Below are positions 39,843-49,804 of a stretch of DNA of 64,000 nt, piece by piece. The stretch lies in NCBI GenBank assembly GCA_963716395.1, contig OY970309.1, forward strand, positions 3,424,001-3,488,000, read 5' to 3'. Source of the stretch: an uncultured Fibrobacteria bacterium. Its GTDB lineage: Bacteria > Fibrobacterota > Fibrobacteria > UBA11236. Made by a program: the position numbers and the translations under genes. The stretch's first letter is position 1. Each line of letters starts with the position of its first letter. The notes under the pieces were generated by a model. That model did not search any database, was not told the origin of the DNA, and was given only the letters and a program-made list of their open reading frames with translations.

Positions 39843-41977
39843 CCGCCCACCACCGGGAATTGCGCTTTACCGACTATGCGCACATTCTGGCCAAAAACAA
39901 ATGGATGTTGCTGGCCTGCCTGGCCTCGTTCCTCGGCCCGACCTTTTGGTTCGTGCGCCACATTCCCGACACCTTCATTTCACGCAGTCAATTGGTGATG
40001 GATGAAGACAAAGATCAAAACCTGATGCTGGCCGCGCCCGCGGGAACGCCCCACGACCTCGGCTATTACAAAGCCATGTTCCAGAGCACCGACTTTTTGA
40101 ACGGTGTGGCCCACGCTCTCGACGGCCCCATGCGCCGCGCCGGGGTGGAAAAACCCGGCGCAAATTATGTGCAAGCCCATGTGTCGCTCGACGAAGGGGC
40201 CATCGAGAGCTTCGTATCCGTGGAAAGCAAGACGCCGGCGGCGCCCTTGAGCTATGCCATGACCCACGTCGCCACCGACAGCCTCATCGTGTTCTGCGCC
40301 CGCGTGGAGAACCAGGAAACCGAAAAGGCCATCGAAGCCATCAAGGATCAAATCGGCATCTGCCTGCGCAAGCGGGAAGAGATCGACAGCGAGAAAACCG
40401 CCCTGACCGAATCGAACCAACTGGGATCGATGGGCGATTATGAAGGTCTCAACGCCCTGGAGAAGAGCTACCAGGACGAACTGGTCAAGTTCGAATTGGA
40501 TAAGGCCAACCTGGAGGCGAAGCGCAATTATTTCCTCTCGCTGGATAAGGCGATGCACCAAGGCGAAACCCCCAAGCACGACGCGGCGCTCGAAGCCCTG
40601 CGCGCCCGCCTGCGCGATTTGGAAAAGGAAAAAGACAAGATGGACCGCCTGGGCATCGCGCTGGCGCCCGAAAGCCAACTCGCCCAGGAATTGCAGGACG
40701 TGGAAGAGCAAATCATGCAGCACTCGCACCGCGAAGAGCCGCAGGACATCGGCCTGTTGCGCCAATGGCAAAGCGTGCATAACGAGGTCGAACAGATGGA
40801 ATCGGACATGCAGTTGAAAAAGGCGCGGCTCGACGCCTTTCGCAATGCCATCGAAACCTACCATGCCGAGCATCCCGACCTCGGCAAACGGGAATTCCGC
40901 CTGCAGCAGCTCGACAACCTGCTCGATCGCTACACCGAAACCCACAAGCGCCTGACCGAACGCCTGGAAGATGCGGTCATCAAGCTGCAAAGCAAATCGG
41001 GCGGGCTCAAACTCGTCGACTCAGCCGAAGTGCCCCTGGGCCCGCAGCCGCGGCGCGACTTTGCCTATTACCTGGTGTCGTTGGCCGTTGCGGCGATGCT
41101 CGGCGTGGGGCTCAGTTTCCTGCGCGAGTTCATGGATGATACGGTGAATTCGACCGACGACGTGGAAAAGCAGTTGGCCCTGACCTTGCTCGGCACCATT
41201 CCCCACATTCAGACCAAGAAATCCGATTTATCGGTGCGCCGCACCGTGGACAAGGGGCGACGCTCCGTGCTTAACAACCGCTATCCCCAATTGGTCTTGG
41301 GCGCGGGCCAGGAAGAGAGCTTGGTGGCCGAGGCCTATCGCACCCTGCGCACCAATATCGTGTTCGCCAGCCCGGACAAACCGGTGCAGACCCTGCTCGT
41401 CACCAGCAGCGGGCCGGGCGAAGGCAAATCGCTGACCCTGGCCAATATCGCGCTGTCTTTTGCGCAGCAGGGCGAACCCACCTTGATCGTCGACACCGAT
41501 TTGCGCCGCCCGGTGATCCACCATCTGTTCGGCATGGAGCGCAGCCCCGGGTTCGGGGAAATCTTCGCAGGCACCCTCACCCTATCCGAAGCGGTGCGTC
41601 CCGTGCCGGGCACCCAATTGCACATTCTCAAGGCCGGAGCCTATATGCCCAACCCGGCCGAGTTGCTGGGTTCGAAAAAAATGAACGCCCTGATCGCGGA
41701 ATTGAAAGAGACCTACCGCTACATCCTTTTCGATACCCCGCCCGTGATCGCGGTGACCGATGCCTGCATTCTGGCCAACAAACTCGACGGCGTGGTGCTG
41801 ATGGCGCGCGCGGGTAAAACCAACCTCGGGGTGGCCGAGCGCGCGCTGCAATCGCTGCATACCGTCAATGCGCGCGTGCTGGGCTGCGTGCTCAACGACG
41901 TCGATATCACCAAGGGCTACAACTCCTACGGGTATTACAAGCACTACTACCACTACTACCTGACCAAGAAGGACTGA
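39839..41977 (+). CDS. Polysaccharide co-polymerase/tyrosine autokinase (Wzc-like)
   Basis: Two TM segments, coiled-coil periplasmic region, EAYRTLRTN, GEGKS, DTDLRRP, DTPP, C-terminal Tyr cluster. Confidence 0.93.
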   Translation: MTAHHRELRFTDYAHILAKNKWMLLACLASFLGPTFWFVRHIPDTFISRSQLVMDEDKDQNLMLAAPAGTPHDLGYYKAMFQSTDFLNGVAHALDGPMRRAGVEKPGANYVQAHVSLDEGAIESFVSVESKTPAAPLSYAMTHVATDSLIVFCARVENQETEKAIEAIKDQIGICLRKREEIDSEKTALTESNQLGSMGDYEGLNALEKSYQDELVKFELDKANLEAKRNYFLSLDKAMHQGETPKHDAALEALRARLRDLEKEKDKMDRLGIALAPESQLAQELQDVEEQIMQHSHREEPQDIGLLRQWQSVHNEVEQMESDMQLKKARLDAFRNAIETYHAEHPDLGKREFRLQQLDNLLDRYTETHKRLTERLEDAVIKLQSKSGGLKLVDSAEVPLGPQPRRDFAYYLVSLAVAAMLGVGLSFLREFMDDTVNSTDDVEKQLALTLLGTIPHIQTKKSDLSVRRTVDKGRRSVLNNRYPQLVLGAGQEESLVAEAYRTLRTNIVFASPDKPVQTLLVTSSGPGEGKSLTLANIALSFAQQGEPTLIVDTDLRRPVIHHLFGMERSPGFGEIFAGTLTLSEAVRPVPGTQLHILKAGAYMPNPAELLGSKKMNALIAELKETYRYILFDTPPVIAVTDACILANKLDGVVLMARAGKTNLGVAERALQSLHTVNARVLGCVLNDVDITKGYNSYGYYKHYYHYYLTKKD

Positions 41978-41978
41978 G

Positions 41979-43697
41979 ATGGGCCGGAAAGCTGGGATCC
42001 AAAGTCGGCCGCCTGCCGGCTTCCCGGAGCCGGACACTGCTTCTCCCGACTGGATTCCCCTTGGCGCCGCGGTCCCGCGGCCGCGCACCCCCTTGCGCCG
42101 GATTGCGCAAAACGCGGCGCACCTGCTGGGATCGCAAACCGTGGGATTCTTCATGGCTTTGGCGGCCTCGGTGGTCATGGCCCGCACCTTGGGTCCGACG
42201 GAATTGGGCATTTTCCACCAGGCGCAATGGTTTGCGGGCATGGTGTCGGTGGTGCTGTCGCTGGGTTTGGTCACAAGTGTGACGAAGTTTACGGCGCAAT
42301 TCCAGGCCCAGGGACGGCGGGGCGATGCGGCGGCGGCCCTGCGTTTCATCCTGAAAACCGAATTGGCCCTGGGGCTTGGTGCCACGGCGGTACTGCTTTT
42401 GTTCTCAGCCCGCATCGCCGACTATTCCTTTTCCACGCGCGAGGGCAAGTACTTCGCCATCGCCTTTCTGGGCCTGACTCCGGGCCTGCAAACGGCGTTA
42501 TATAGCGCAGCGTTGGAGGGTACGCAACTCTTCCGCTACCAATCCCTCAACGCACTGACCATCACCCCCATCTCACTGTTGCTGAAAATCGGGTTGCTTC
42601 TGGCCGGATTCGGGTTGACCGGCATCCTATGGTGCCAGGTGGGGGTGGCCCTGCTCAACCTACTGTTTTTCGGATGGGCGGCGCGGCGTGAAGGCTTGTT
42701 GCGCGGCGGCCCATCGCCCGCGGGGTGGAAAAGCGAACTGTTCCACTACCACCGATCCATTTTGGGAATCCATTTCGTCGATCTTTTGGTCTGGTCACGC
42801 ACCGAGAACTTCTTTCTGGGACGCTTTTGCTCGGCGGCGCAAATCGCCTATTACAACCTGGCCCTGAATCTGGTCACGCGGTTGACCGGAACCTTGCCCG
42901 CCCTGATGTGGAAAATCCTTTTGCCCCTGGCCACGCAATTGCATGGCGCGCATGAAGACGAAAAACTGGCGCGCACCTTCACCCATTCCCTGCGCTACAC
43001 CGCCTGCGTGCTCTTTCCCCTGATCACCTTTTGCTGGGTGTCGGCCTATGAACTGGTGGTGATTTTTTACGGCCATGCCTATGCACCCGCCAAATCCTCG
43101 TTCCAGATTCTATGCCTGAGCGCCATGTTGTCGGCGCTGGCGCAACCCAGTTCGGCCGCCATCTACGCCAGCAACCGGCAGCGCTTTATCCTGTGGTTCG
43201 GATCGCTCTTAGGCGTACTCAACATCGCCCTGAACCTGTGGTGGATTCCGCGCCATGGCGCGGAGGGTGCGGCCTGGAGCTACAGCCTGACCACCTCGTT
43301 GGGCGTGTTGGGAGGCTTCGTATACGTGGGTTGGAAACTGCGCCTGCGCTTTCCTTGGGCGACCTGGTCCAAGGCCGCGCTGGCCTCGCTGGGCATGGGG
43401 CTCACGCTGTGGTGGGTGCTGCAATACAACTTCGCGGCTTATTCCCTCTTCTCGCCCTGGCAGGATTGGATTCAGGCCCTGACCGGACGGAGGCTGGAAA
43501 TGTTTTTGGGCGCGCGCACCTTGCGGGTCGCCTGCGGCGGCCTGGCGTCATTTGCGTGTTACGCCGCGGTGCTGGCCCTGCTGGCCAAACCCCAGGCCGA
43601 AGACCTGCGACTGCTGCGGGCCCTGGCGCGGCGCTTGCCGTGGGGTTTGCACCGGCTGCTGCGCCCCTGGCTGAAACCGGACCCGGCTCCGGGATGA
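41979..43697 (+). CDS. Wzx-type oligosaccharide flippase
   Basis: ARTLGPTELG, many TM helices, LNIALNLWWIPRHGAEGAA; start may be downstream. Confidence 0.85.
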   Translation: MGRKAGIQSRPPAGFPEPDTASPDWIPLGAAVPRPRTPLRRIAQNAAHLLGSQTVGFFMALAASVVMARTLGPTELGIFHQAQWFAGMVSVVLSLGLVTSVTKFTAQFQAQGRRGDAAAALRFILKTELALGLGATAVLLLFSARIADYSFSTREGKYFAIAFLGLTPGLQTALYSAALEGTQLFRYQSLNALTITPISLLLKIGLLLAGFGLTGILWCQVGVALLNLLFFGWAARREGLLRGGPSPAGWKSELFHYHRSILGIHFVDLLVWSRTENFFLGRFCSAAQIAYYNLALNLVTRLTGTLPALMWKILLPLATQLHGAHEDEKLARTFTHSLRYTACVLFPLITFCWVSAYELVVIFYGHAYAPAKSSFQILCLSAMLSALAQPSSAAIYASNRQRFILWFGSLLGVLNIALNLWWIPRHGAEGAAWSYSLTTSLGVLGGFVYVGWKLRLRFPWATWSKAALASLGMGLTLWWVLQYNFAAYSLFSPWQDWIQALTGRRLEMFLGARTLRVACGGLASFACYAAVLALLAKPQAEDLRLLRALARRLPWGLHRLLRPWLKPDPAPG

Positions 43698-44848
43698 AAA
43701 CGGCGGCCATGCGTATCGCCTTCATTGATTCCGAGCCGCCGTCGACGACCGGCGGCGGCATCCGCACCTACCTCCTCAGCCTGGTGACCCTGTGCCGCAG
43801 CCGGGGAATGCAGGTGCGCATTTACAGCCACAATCCCGCGGCCTACGAAGATGCCGGCCAAGAAGCCCGGCCCATCGGCCGCCGGCCGTGCTGGCCGCGC
43901 GGCCTGCGCGGCCTCGCCTACCGGTTGTTTCATGCGGAAGCCGTGGCCTTCGAATGCGCAAACTGGCTGGCCGGGGAATTGCGGGCCGATCCCCCGGACC
44001 TCGCCGAGTTCGCCGACTTTCAGGGTTACGCCTTCTATGCCCTGCGCGATCGCGCGTTGCGCAGGCGCATCATCCTGCGCATACACACGCCTCTGTACCT
44101 GGTGTATGTCGAAGCGCGCAAGCGGCACCCGCCTTTTTGGCTTCTGCGCTGGCGCGAACGTGATTGCCTGCGCCGTGCGACGTATATCACCGCGCCCTCG
44201 GCCGACTTTATCCGCGAAAAAATGCCGTGGTCGTACCCGCAGCGCATCGTACCCAATCCGCCGCCGCTTCCCATGCCGCGGCCGAACACAAAAGAAAATG
44301 CCCAAACAGCCATCGTTTTTCTGGGACGCCTGGAGCCGCGCAAAGGGGTTGTGGAGTTGCTCCAGGCATTTCTATCCCTGGCCGCAGACTTTCCCGCCGC
44401 GACCCTGACCTTGATCGGCGAAGCCGTGGACCCCGCCTATCGTACATCATTGCAAACCGTCCTCGACGCCGCGCCGAAGCCGGTGCAGGCGCGCGTCGCG
44501 TTCCGCCCGGCGCATACCGGTGATAAAAATTCCCTGCTGCGGGAATTCACCATGCTGGCGGTACCCTCGCGCTGGGAAAACTGTCCCTACGTGTTTTGGG
44601 AAGGCATGGCCGCGGGCCTGGCCTGCCTGGGCACCGACACGGGCGAAATGCGACGCGCCCGGGGAATCACCCAGGCTCCGGTCGTCAAGCCCGGCGATGC
44701 CGAGTCGCTGGCGCAGGGCCTGCGCGCCTTGCTGCAAGACCCGTCGCAACGCGCCGCTTTGATCGCCCGGCAAGAAGCGTATTTGCACCAGGTCGCCGGG
44801 GAAGCGCGCGGGTTACCCGAGTTCTACGCCGCCTGTGTGCCGCCGTGA
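43694..44848 (+). CDS. Glycosyltransferase family 4
   Basis: GGGIRTY, FLGRLEPRKG, PSRWENCPYVFWEGMAAG. Confidence 0.88.
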   Translation: MKTAAMRIAFIDSEPPSTTGGGIRTYLLSLVTLCRSRGMQVRIYSHNPAAYEDAGQEARPIGRRPCWPRGLRGLAYRLFHAEAVAFECANWLAGELRADPPDLAEFADFQGYAFYALRDRALRRRIILRIHTPLYLVYVEARKRHPPFWLLRWRERDCLRRATYITAPSADFIREKMPWSYPQRIVPNPPPLPMPRPNTKENAQTAIVFLGRLEPRKGVVELLQAFLSLAADFPAATLTLIGEAVDPAYRTSLQTVLDAAPKPVQARVAFRPAHTGDKNSLLREFTMLAVPSRWENCPYVFWEGMAAGLACLGTDTGEMRRARGITQAPVVKPGDAESLAQGLRALLQDPSQRAALIARQEAYLHQVAGEARGLPEFYAACVPP

Positions 44849-46098
44849 ACATCGCCTTGCTTTCCCGTGAATATCCGCCGCTCACCCATGTGGGCGGCAT
44901 CGGCACCTATACGGCTACGGCGGCCCGGCTGTTGGCCGATCACGGGCATGCCGTGCACGTGGTCTGCAACGGCCCCGACACGACGGAGGCACTGGAAAAC
45001 GGCGTGCGCGTGCATCGCGTGCGCATGCAAAACCATCCCCTGCCCGCGGCAGGCTGGCTGTATCGGTATCGACGCTGGTTCCGTGCCCATCTGCCGAATT
45101 ATCTCGACGCTCTAACCTGGTCGCATACGGCTGCCGCGTATTTGCGCAGCCATGCGCCCGCTTGGAATCTCGACGCCCTGGAGTTTCCCGAAACCAACGG
45201 CGAAGGCGCATGCCTCGATCTATCAGCCGGACTTTCCCGCACGCATCGCGTCGCGCGCATCCACACTTCATGGATCCCCGAGTACGTTGCCGGCGGATGG
45301 GAAGCGCGTCGCTTGCTGCGCTGGCAGCGGCGCGCCTGCGCCCGGGCCCATACCGTGGTCTCGCCCAGCCGGTTCATGGCCGAAAATTATGCGCGCCGGG
45401 TGTTGCGCTGGAATCGGACCGTGCAGGTGAATCCGAATCCGGTGCGGCTGTGGAAAGCACCTTTGCATTGGAGCGATAAAAATCCGCGGCATTTGCTGTT
45501 CGTGGGTCGGGTGGAATACCGCAAGGGTTTGGATCTCCTGTTGGCCGCCTTGGAAGCTCTGGGCTCCGCCGGCGAAGGATTGGTGCTGCGCGTCGTGGGT
45601 CCGCAACATCCGCCGCGCCACGCCGTCGACGCCGCCTGTCAGGAGGCCTTGGCCCTCGCCCTGGCCGCACATGGTCCCGGCCTAAGGTCAGGCTATTCCC
45701 TGGAATACGCCGGCGCCTGCGAGCATGCCGACCTGCATCAACACTTCGACTGGGCGGGCATTGCGGTGTTGCCCTCGCGCCAGGATAACTATCCGTATAC
45801 GGCCCTTGAAGCCCTGTCGCGCGGATGCTGGCTTTTAGCCAGCGACGCGGGTGGCTTACCTGAAATCTTGCAGGGGTGCCGCGGAGCAATTTTTCCGGCC
45901 GGCGACAAAGACGCCTTGGCCGGAAAAATGAGAGAATTGGCGCAAGGCGCGGATCGCGTCAGGAATTCCTGGCTCCCCAATGCGCGCGCCATGGCGGAGC
46001 GTTTTCATCCGGAGGCCTGCTATCGCCGTTTATTCGCAACCTATGCCGGTGCGAACGGCACCGGTGCCCGCCGAACGGGTGCTGTATCAAACGAGTAA
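44845..46098 (+). CDS. Glycosyltransferase family 4
   Basis: GTG start overlapping the stop; SREYPP...GGIGTY, FVGRVEYRKG, PSRQDNYPYTALEAL. Confidence 0.88.
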   Translation: MNIALLSREYPPLTHVGGIGTYTATAARLLADHGHAVHVVCNGPDTTEALENGVRVHRVRMQNHPLPAAGWLYRYRRWFRAHLPNYLDALTWSHTAAAYLRSHAPAWNLDALEFPETNGEGACLDLSAGLSRTHRVARIHTSWIPEYVAGGWEARRLLRWQRRACARAHTVVSPSRFMAENYARRVLRWNRTVQVNPNPVRLWKAPLHWSDKNPRHLLFVGRVEYRKGLDLLLAALEALGSAGEGLVLRVVGPQHPPRHAVDAACQEALALALAAHGPGLRSGYSLEYAGACEHADLHQHFDWAGIAVLPSRQDNYPYTALEALSRGCWLLASDAGGLPEILQGCRGAIFPAGDKDALAGKMRELAQGADRVRNSWLPNARAMAERFHPEACYRRLFATYAGANGTGARRTGAVSNE

Positions 46099-46681
46099 AC
46101 GCCTGCTCGATTTGGCCGGCGCCGTCTTCGGTTTGATGTTTTTTTTCCTGCTGCTCGGCCCCGTCGCCGCCGCCATCCGTCTCGACTCCAAAGGCCCCGT
46201 CTTTTTTATCCAAACCCGCGTGGGCCAATATGGGCGCCGCTTCAAGTTCATCAAGTTCCGCACCATGGCGGTCGACGCCCATGTGCGGCAATGGGAACTC
46301 AACGGCCTGAATGAGACCGGAGGCCCAACCTTCAAGCTGGCCCGGGATCCACGCGTCACGCGCGTGGGACAGTGGCTGCGGCGTGCCAGTCTCGACGAAG
46401 TTCCCCAATTCTGGAATGTGCTCAAAGGCGAAATGTCCTTGGTCGGGCCGCGGCCGCCGCTCTTGCATGAAGTGGGCCAATACGACGCCGTGCAGAAAAT
46501 CCGCATGACCGTGCCCCAGGGCATGACCGGACTGTGGCAAGTGCGCGGCCGTTCCGGGCTCAAGTTCGATCAGATGGTGAACCTCGACGTGCATTATGCC
46601 CTGCACGCCTGCTTCCCCCTCGACCTGCGCATTCTGTGGCTGACCTTGCCCACGGTGTGGCGCGGCCGGGGGGCGGTATGA
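46043..46681 (+). CDS. Priming undecaprenyl-phosphate sugar phosphotransferase (small PGT)
   Basis: KRLLD, GPVFF.Q.RVG, KFRTM, DPRVT, SLDEVPQFWNVLKGEMSLVGPRP, GMTGLWQ. Confidence 0.92.
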   Translation: MPVRTAPVPAERVLYQTSKRLLDLAGAVFGLMFFFLLLGPVAAAIRLDSKGPVFFIQTRVGQYGRRFKFIKFRTMAVDAHVRQWELNGLNETGGPTFKLARDPRVTRVGQWLRRASLDEVPQFWNVLKGEMSLVGPRPPLLHEVGQYDAVQKIRMTVPQGMTGLWQVRGRSGLKFDQMVNLDVHYALHACFPLDLRILWLTLPTVWRGRGAV

Positions 46682-47622
46682 GCGATACCGCCATCACTCT
46701 GGCCGTAGTCACTTACAACCAAGCGGCGTGGCTCGCTGGGTTCCTTGCGCGTTACCGCCGCTTCGGGGTGCACGCGGCGCCGCTGCTGGTGGTCGACGAT
46801 GGTTCCACGGACGACACTCCGCGGTTACTGGGAGAGGCCGAGGCGGAATTGCCCCTGTGCTTGCTTGTGCACCGCATCGCCCACGGCGGCTCGGCCCGCG
46901 CCCGCAACCAGGCCCTGCGGCAATGCCCCACGCCGTGGATCGCCTTTTCCGACACCGACTGCGTACTCGACGCCGCATACTTCCGCCTGCTGCCGGAAAT
47001 TCCCCGGCGCTATGCCGGCTTTGCCGCCGTCGAAGGCGCCGTGGTGCCGCCTCCCGGCAACAAACCTCCTTTCACCCATTCGCTATTCAATCCCGCCGGC
47101 GGCACCTATGCCACGGCCAATATGGCCTTTCGCGTGGCCGACGCCTTGGAATCGGGCGGCTTCGACGAAGGCTTTCCCGAAAACCTGCGCGAAGACGCCG
47201 ACCTTGCGCTCACCCTCCTCGAAAGCAAAGGCGCCATTCCCTTTTGCCCCGAGTGGCAGGTTTGCCACCCGCATGTACCGCGCCGGTTCTGGCCGGCCCT
47301 GCGGCAGGCCTGGCGTCGCCACGATCGCATGCTCCGCGCCGAAGTGCGGCTGTACCGCAAACATCCCCAGGCCTATGGCCGGCTGCGCCATCACGCCGAT
47401 GCCTTAGCCACCCTGCGCAACTGGTGTTGGCATTGGTCCTGGCTATACGTGCGCGAGTGCCTCGCGGCGCTGGCCGGCAATCGGCGCGGCCGGTCGCAAA
47501 GCGCGTGGGCGGTGTGGCGGAGCTGTGGGGCCGCCATCCTGGTGGCCGGCTGGGAGCAGGTCTGCATCGCGTTCTGGTGCCTGCGGCGCTGGAAAACCCT
47601 TTCGCGTCCCGGACCCGCGTGA
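46678..47622 (+). CDS. Glycosyltransferase family 2
   Basis: TYN, VVDDGSTD, ARN, FSDTDC, GGFDEGF, REDADL. Confidence 0.88.
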   Translation: MSDTAITLAVVTYNQAAWLAGFLARYRRFGVHAAPLLVVDDGSTDDTPRLLGEAEAELPLCLLVHRIAHGGSARARNQALRQCPTPWIAFSDTDCVLDAAYFRLLPEIPRRYAGFAAVEGAVVPPPGNKPPFTHSLFNPAGGTYATANMAFRVADALESGGFDEGFPENLREDADLALTLLESKGAIPFCPEWQVCHPHVPRRFWPALRQAWRRHDRMLRAEVRLYRKHPQAYGRLRHHADALATLRNWCWHWSWLYVRECLAALAGNRRGRSQSAWAVWRSCGAAILVAGWEQVCIAFWCLRRWKTLSRPGPA

Positions 47623-48746
47623 AAGTGCTGTTGCTTTGGACCGGCGGCGTGGTGCCCGCGTATTGGGAGTTCTTCTCGGCCTTGGGAAGCCGTTGCGTTC
47701 TGCGCGTGCTGGCGCCGCACCGCTGGGTGCACGGTTCCACGGAATTCACCGCCCAGGATTGGCCGGCGCCGCCCGCCGCTTTCACCCTTGTGGCGGCCCG
47801 TTTCTGGCGGTTGGGTTCTGCCTTCTACCTCGTGCCGGGTTTCGCGTTGCAATTGCTGCGTTTCGGTCCCGACCTGGTGTATTGCATGGACGAGGCGGAT
47901 CGTCCGGCGACGGTATTGCATTTGTGGCTGGCGCGCCTGCTGCGGCCGCGCGCCCTTCGCGTCAATTACAACTTGCAGAATCTGGTCGCCCCGCGCTATC
48001 ACCGCTTCAGGCACCGCCTGAGTTTACGTTGCCAACGCGCCTGGCTGCACGGCGCGGTGGCGACGAGCGGCGAAGCCGAAGCGGTGCTGCGCGCCCGGGG
48101 ATTTGCGCTTCCGACGGCGCGCATTCCCCTGTTCGCTTCGGAGCGCGAATTCTTTCCCGCCTCGCCGGTGGAAAAAGCCAACCTACGCCGGCGTTTTGGA
48201 GCGCCCGAGGCGAGAACCCTGATCGTGTATGCCGGCAGCCTGGCCCGCGCCAAAGGCGTCGATTCGCTCCTCCACGCCTTGCCCCGGCATCCCGGCCTGT
48301 ATTTGCTGCTGGCGGGTTCCGGAGAACTCGAGGCCGAAGCGCGCGCGTTACCCGTGACGGCGGGGAAATGGCTGGGGCCGCTGCACCTGCCGGCCTTGCG
48401 CGCCCTCTACCAGGCCGGCGATTGCGTCATTTTGCCCTCGCGCGACACGCCCGTCTGGAAAGAACAAGTGGGCCGCGCCCTGCTCGAAGGCATTCTGTGC
48501 GGATGCCTGGGCCTGGGCAGCGACGGCGGATTCATTCCCGAATTGCTGGGCACGCCCGAAACCCTGTTCGCGCAAGGGAACGCCGAGGACTTGCACCGCT
48601 TGCTCGCCGCTCTGCCCCTACCCCAGACACCGCGCTTGCGGGAACGGCAGCACGCCCGCGTACTCGCCACTTATACCGCATCGGTCACGGCCGCGGCCAC
48701 CTTCGCGTTCTTTCAAGACCTCTCGCCTTCGGAGAAGGCGCCGTGA
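47619..48746 (+). CDS. Glycosyltransferase family 4
   Basis: YAGSLARAKG, LPSRDTPVWKEQVGRALLE. Confidence 0.85.
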   Translation: MKVLLLWTGGVVPAYWEFFSALGSRCVLRVLAPHRWVHGSTEFTAQDWPAPPAAFTLVAARFWRLGSAFYLVPGFALQLLRFGPDLVYCMDEADRPATVLHLWLARLLRPRALRVNYNLQNLVAPRYHRFRHRLSLRCQRAWLHGAVATSGEAEAVLRARGFALPTARIPLFASEREFFPASPVEKANLRRRFGAPEARTLIVYAGSLARAKGVDSLLHALPRHPGLYLLLAGSGELEAEARALPVTAGKWLGPLHLPALRALYQAGDCVILPSRDTPVWKEQVGRALLEGILCGCLGLGSDGGFIPELLGTPETLFAQGNAEDLHRLLAALPLPQTPRLRERQHARVLATYTASVTAAATFAFFQDLSPSEKAP

Positions 48747-49804
48747 ACATCGCCTTTTTGCACCGCGATTTACCGCCCGCGGCCTTTGCCGGCGTGGCCG
48801 TGCAGGTGCATCGGCTGGCCCAGGCGCTGGCAACAATGAACCATTCCGTGACAATTTTCACATTAAGCCCGAAACCCGAGGGCGCGAGCTATGCCGTGCG
48901 GCCCTGGGATTTTTCCGGTCTTGCCTTCTGCCGCCGCGTTTTACCCCGCTGGAAGAGGTTGTGGGCGCCGCTGGGCTGCCGCTTTCTCGACTTTTCGGAA
49001 TTTGACGTGGTGCACGTGCATGGCGACGGCGGCTTTCTGCGCTACGATTCCCGCTTCGTCCGCACCTTTTACGGCACCGCGGCCTTGGAGGCGCGCCATG
49101 CCCGCGGTAACGGCCGCCTGGCGCAGGGTTTCTCCTATGTACTGGAAAAGCGCGAGGCGCGCCGCGGTGCGCGGCTGACGGCCATCAGCCCGCATGTGCG
49201 CGACTTTTTGCCCAATATCCGCTGGATTATTCCCTGCATGACCGCGCAGGCGCCCGACCCCGAGGCTTTGCGCCACAAGGCGGAGACGCCCACCCTGATT
49301 TATGTGGGCGCGCGCGGCGGACGCAAACGCGGGGAATGGGCGCTGAGCTTGTGGCAAACCCTGCGTCCGGAATTTCCCGATCTCGTGCTGCATTACGTGG
49401 GGCCCGAATGCGACCGCGCCGCCGTGGCCGCGGCAGATGCGGCCGGGTTGCGGTTTCATACGCGTTTGCCGGAGCGCGAGCTGATGGACCTGTACCGTTG
49501 CGCCTGGATTGCGGTCTTCTTCTCGAGCTACGAAGGCTTTGGGGTGCCGTGGGCCGAAGCCCTGTCCCAGGGCTGTTGCGTGGTCAGCACCCCCCATGCC
49601 GGAGCCCGGGAATGGCTGTGCGACGGCGACAACGCCTGCCTGCGGCCGCCCGAAGCCGTCGCCACCGCCGTCGCTTCTTTGTTACGGGAGCAATCGTCCC
49701 GCGAAGCGCTGGCTCGGCAGGGATTGCAAACGGCGGCCGCCTTCGCCCCGGAGCGTGTGGCCGCCGCCTACCTCGAGATCTACCGCGCGGGAGGGATGCC
49801 CTGA
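48743..49804 (+). CDS. Glycosyltransferase family 4
   Basis: GVAVQV, YVG...GRKRG, SSYEGFGVPWAEAL. Confidence 0.85.
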   Translation: MNIAFLHRDLPPAAFAGVAVQVHRLAQALATMNHSVTIFTLSPKPEGASYAVRPWDFSGLAFCRRVLPRWKRLWAPLGCRFLDFSEFDVVHVHGDGGFLRYDSRFVRTFYGTAALEARHARGNGRLAQGFSYVLEKREARRGARLTAISPHVRDFLPNIRWIIPCMTAQAPDPEALRHKAETPTLIYVGARGGRKRGEWALSLWQTLRPEFPDLVLHYVGPECDRAAVAAADAAGLRFHTRLPERELMDLYRCAWIAVFFSSYEGFGVPWAEALSQGCCVVSTPHAGAREWLCDGDNACLRPPEAVATAVASLLREQSSREALARQGLQTAAAFAPERVAAAYLEIYRAGGMP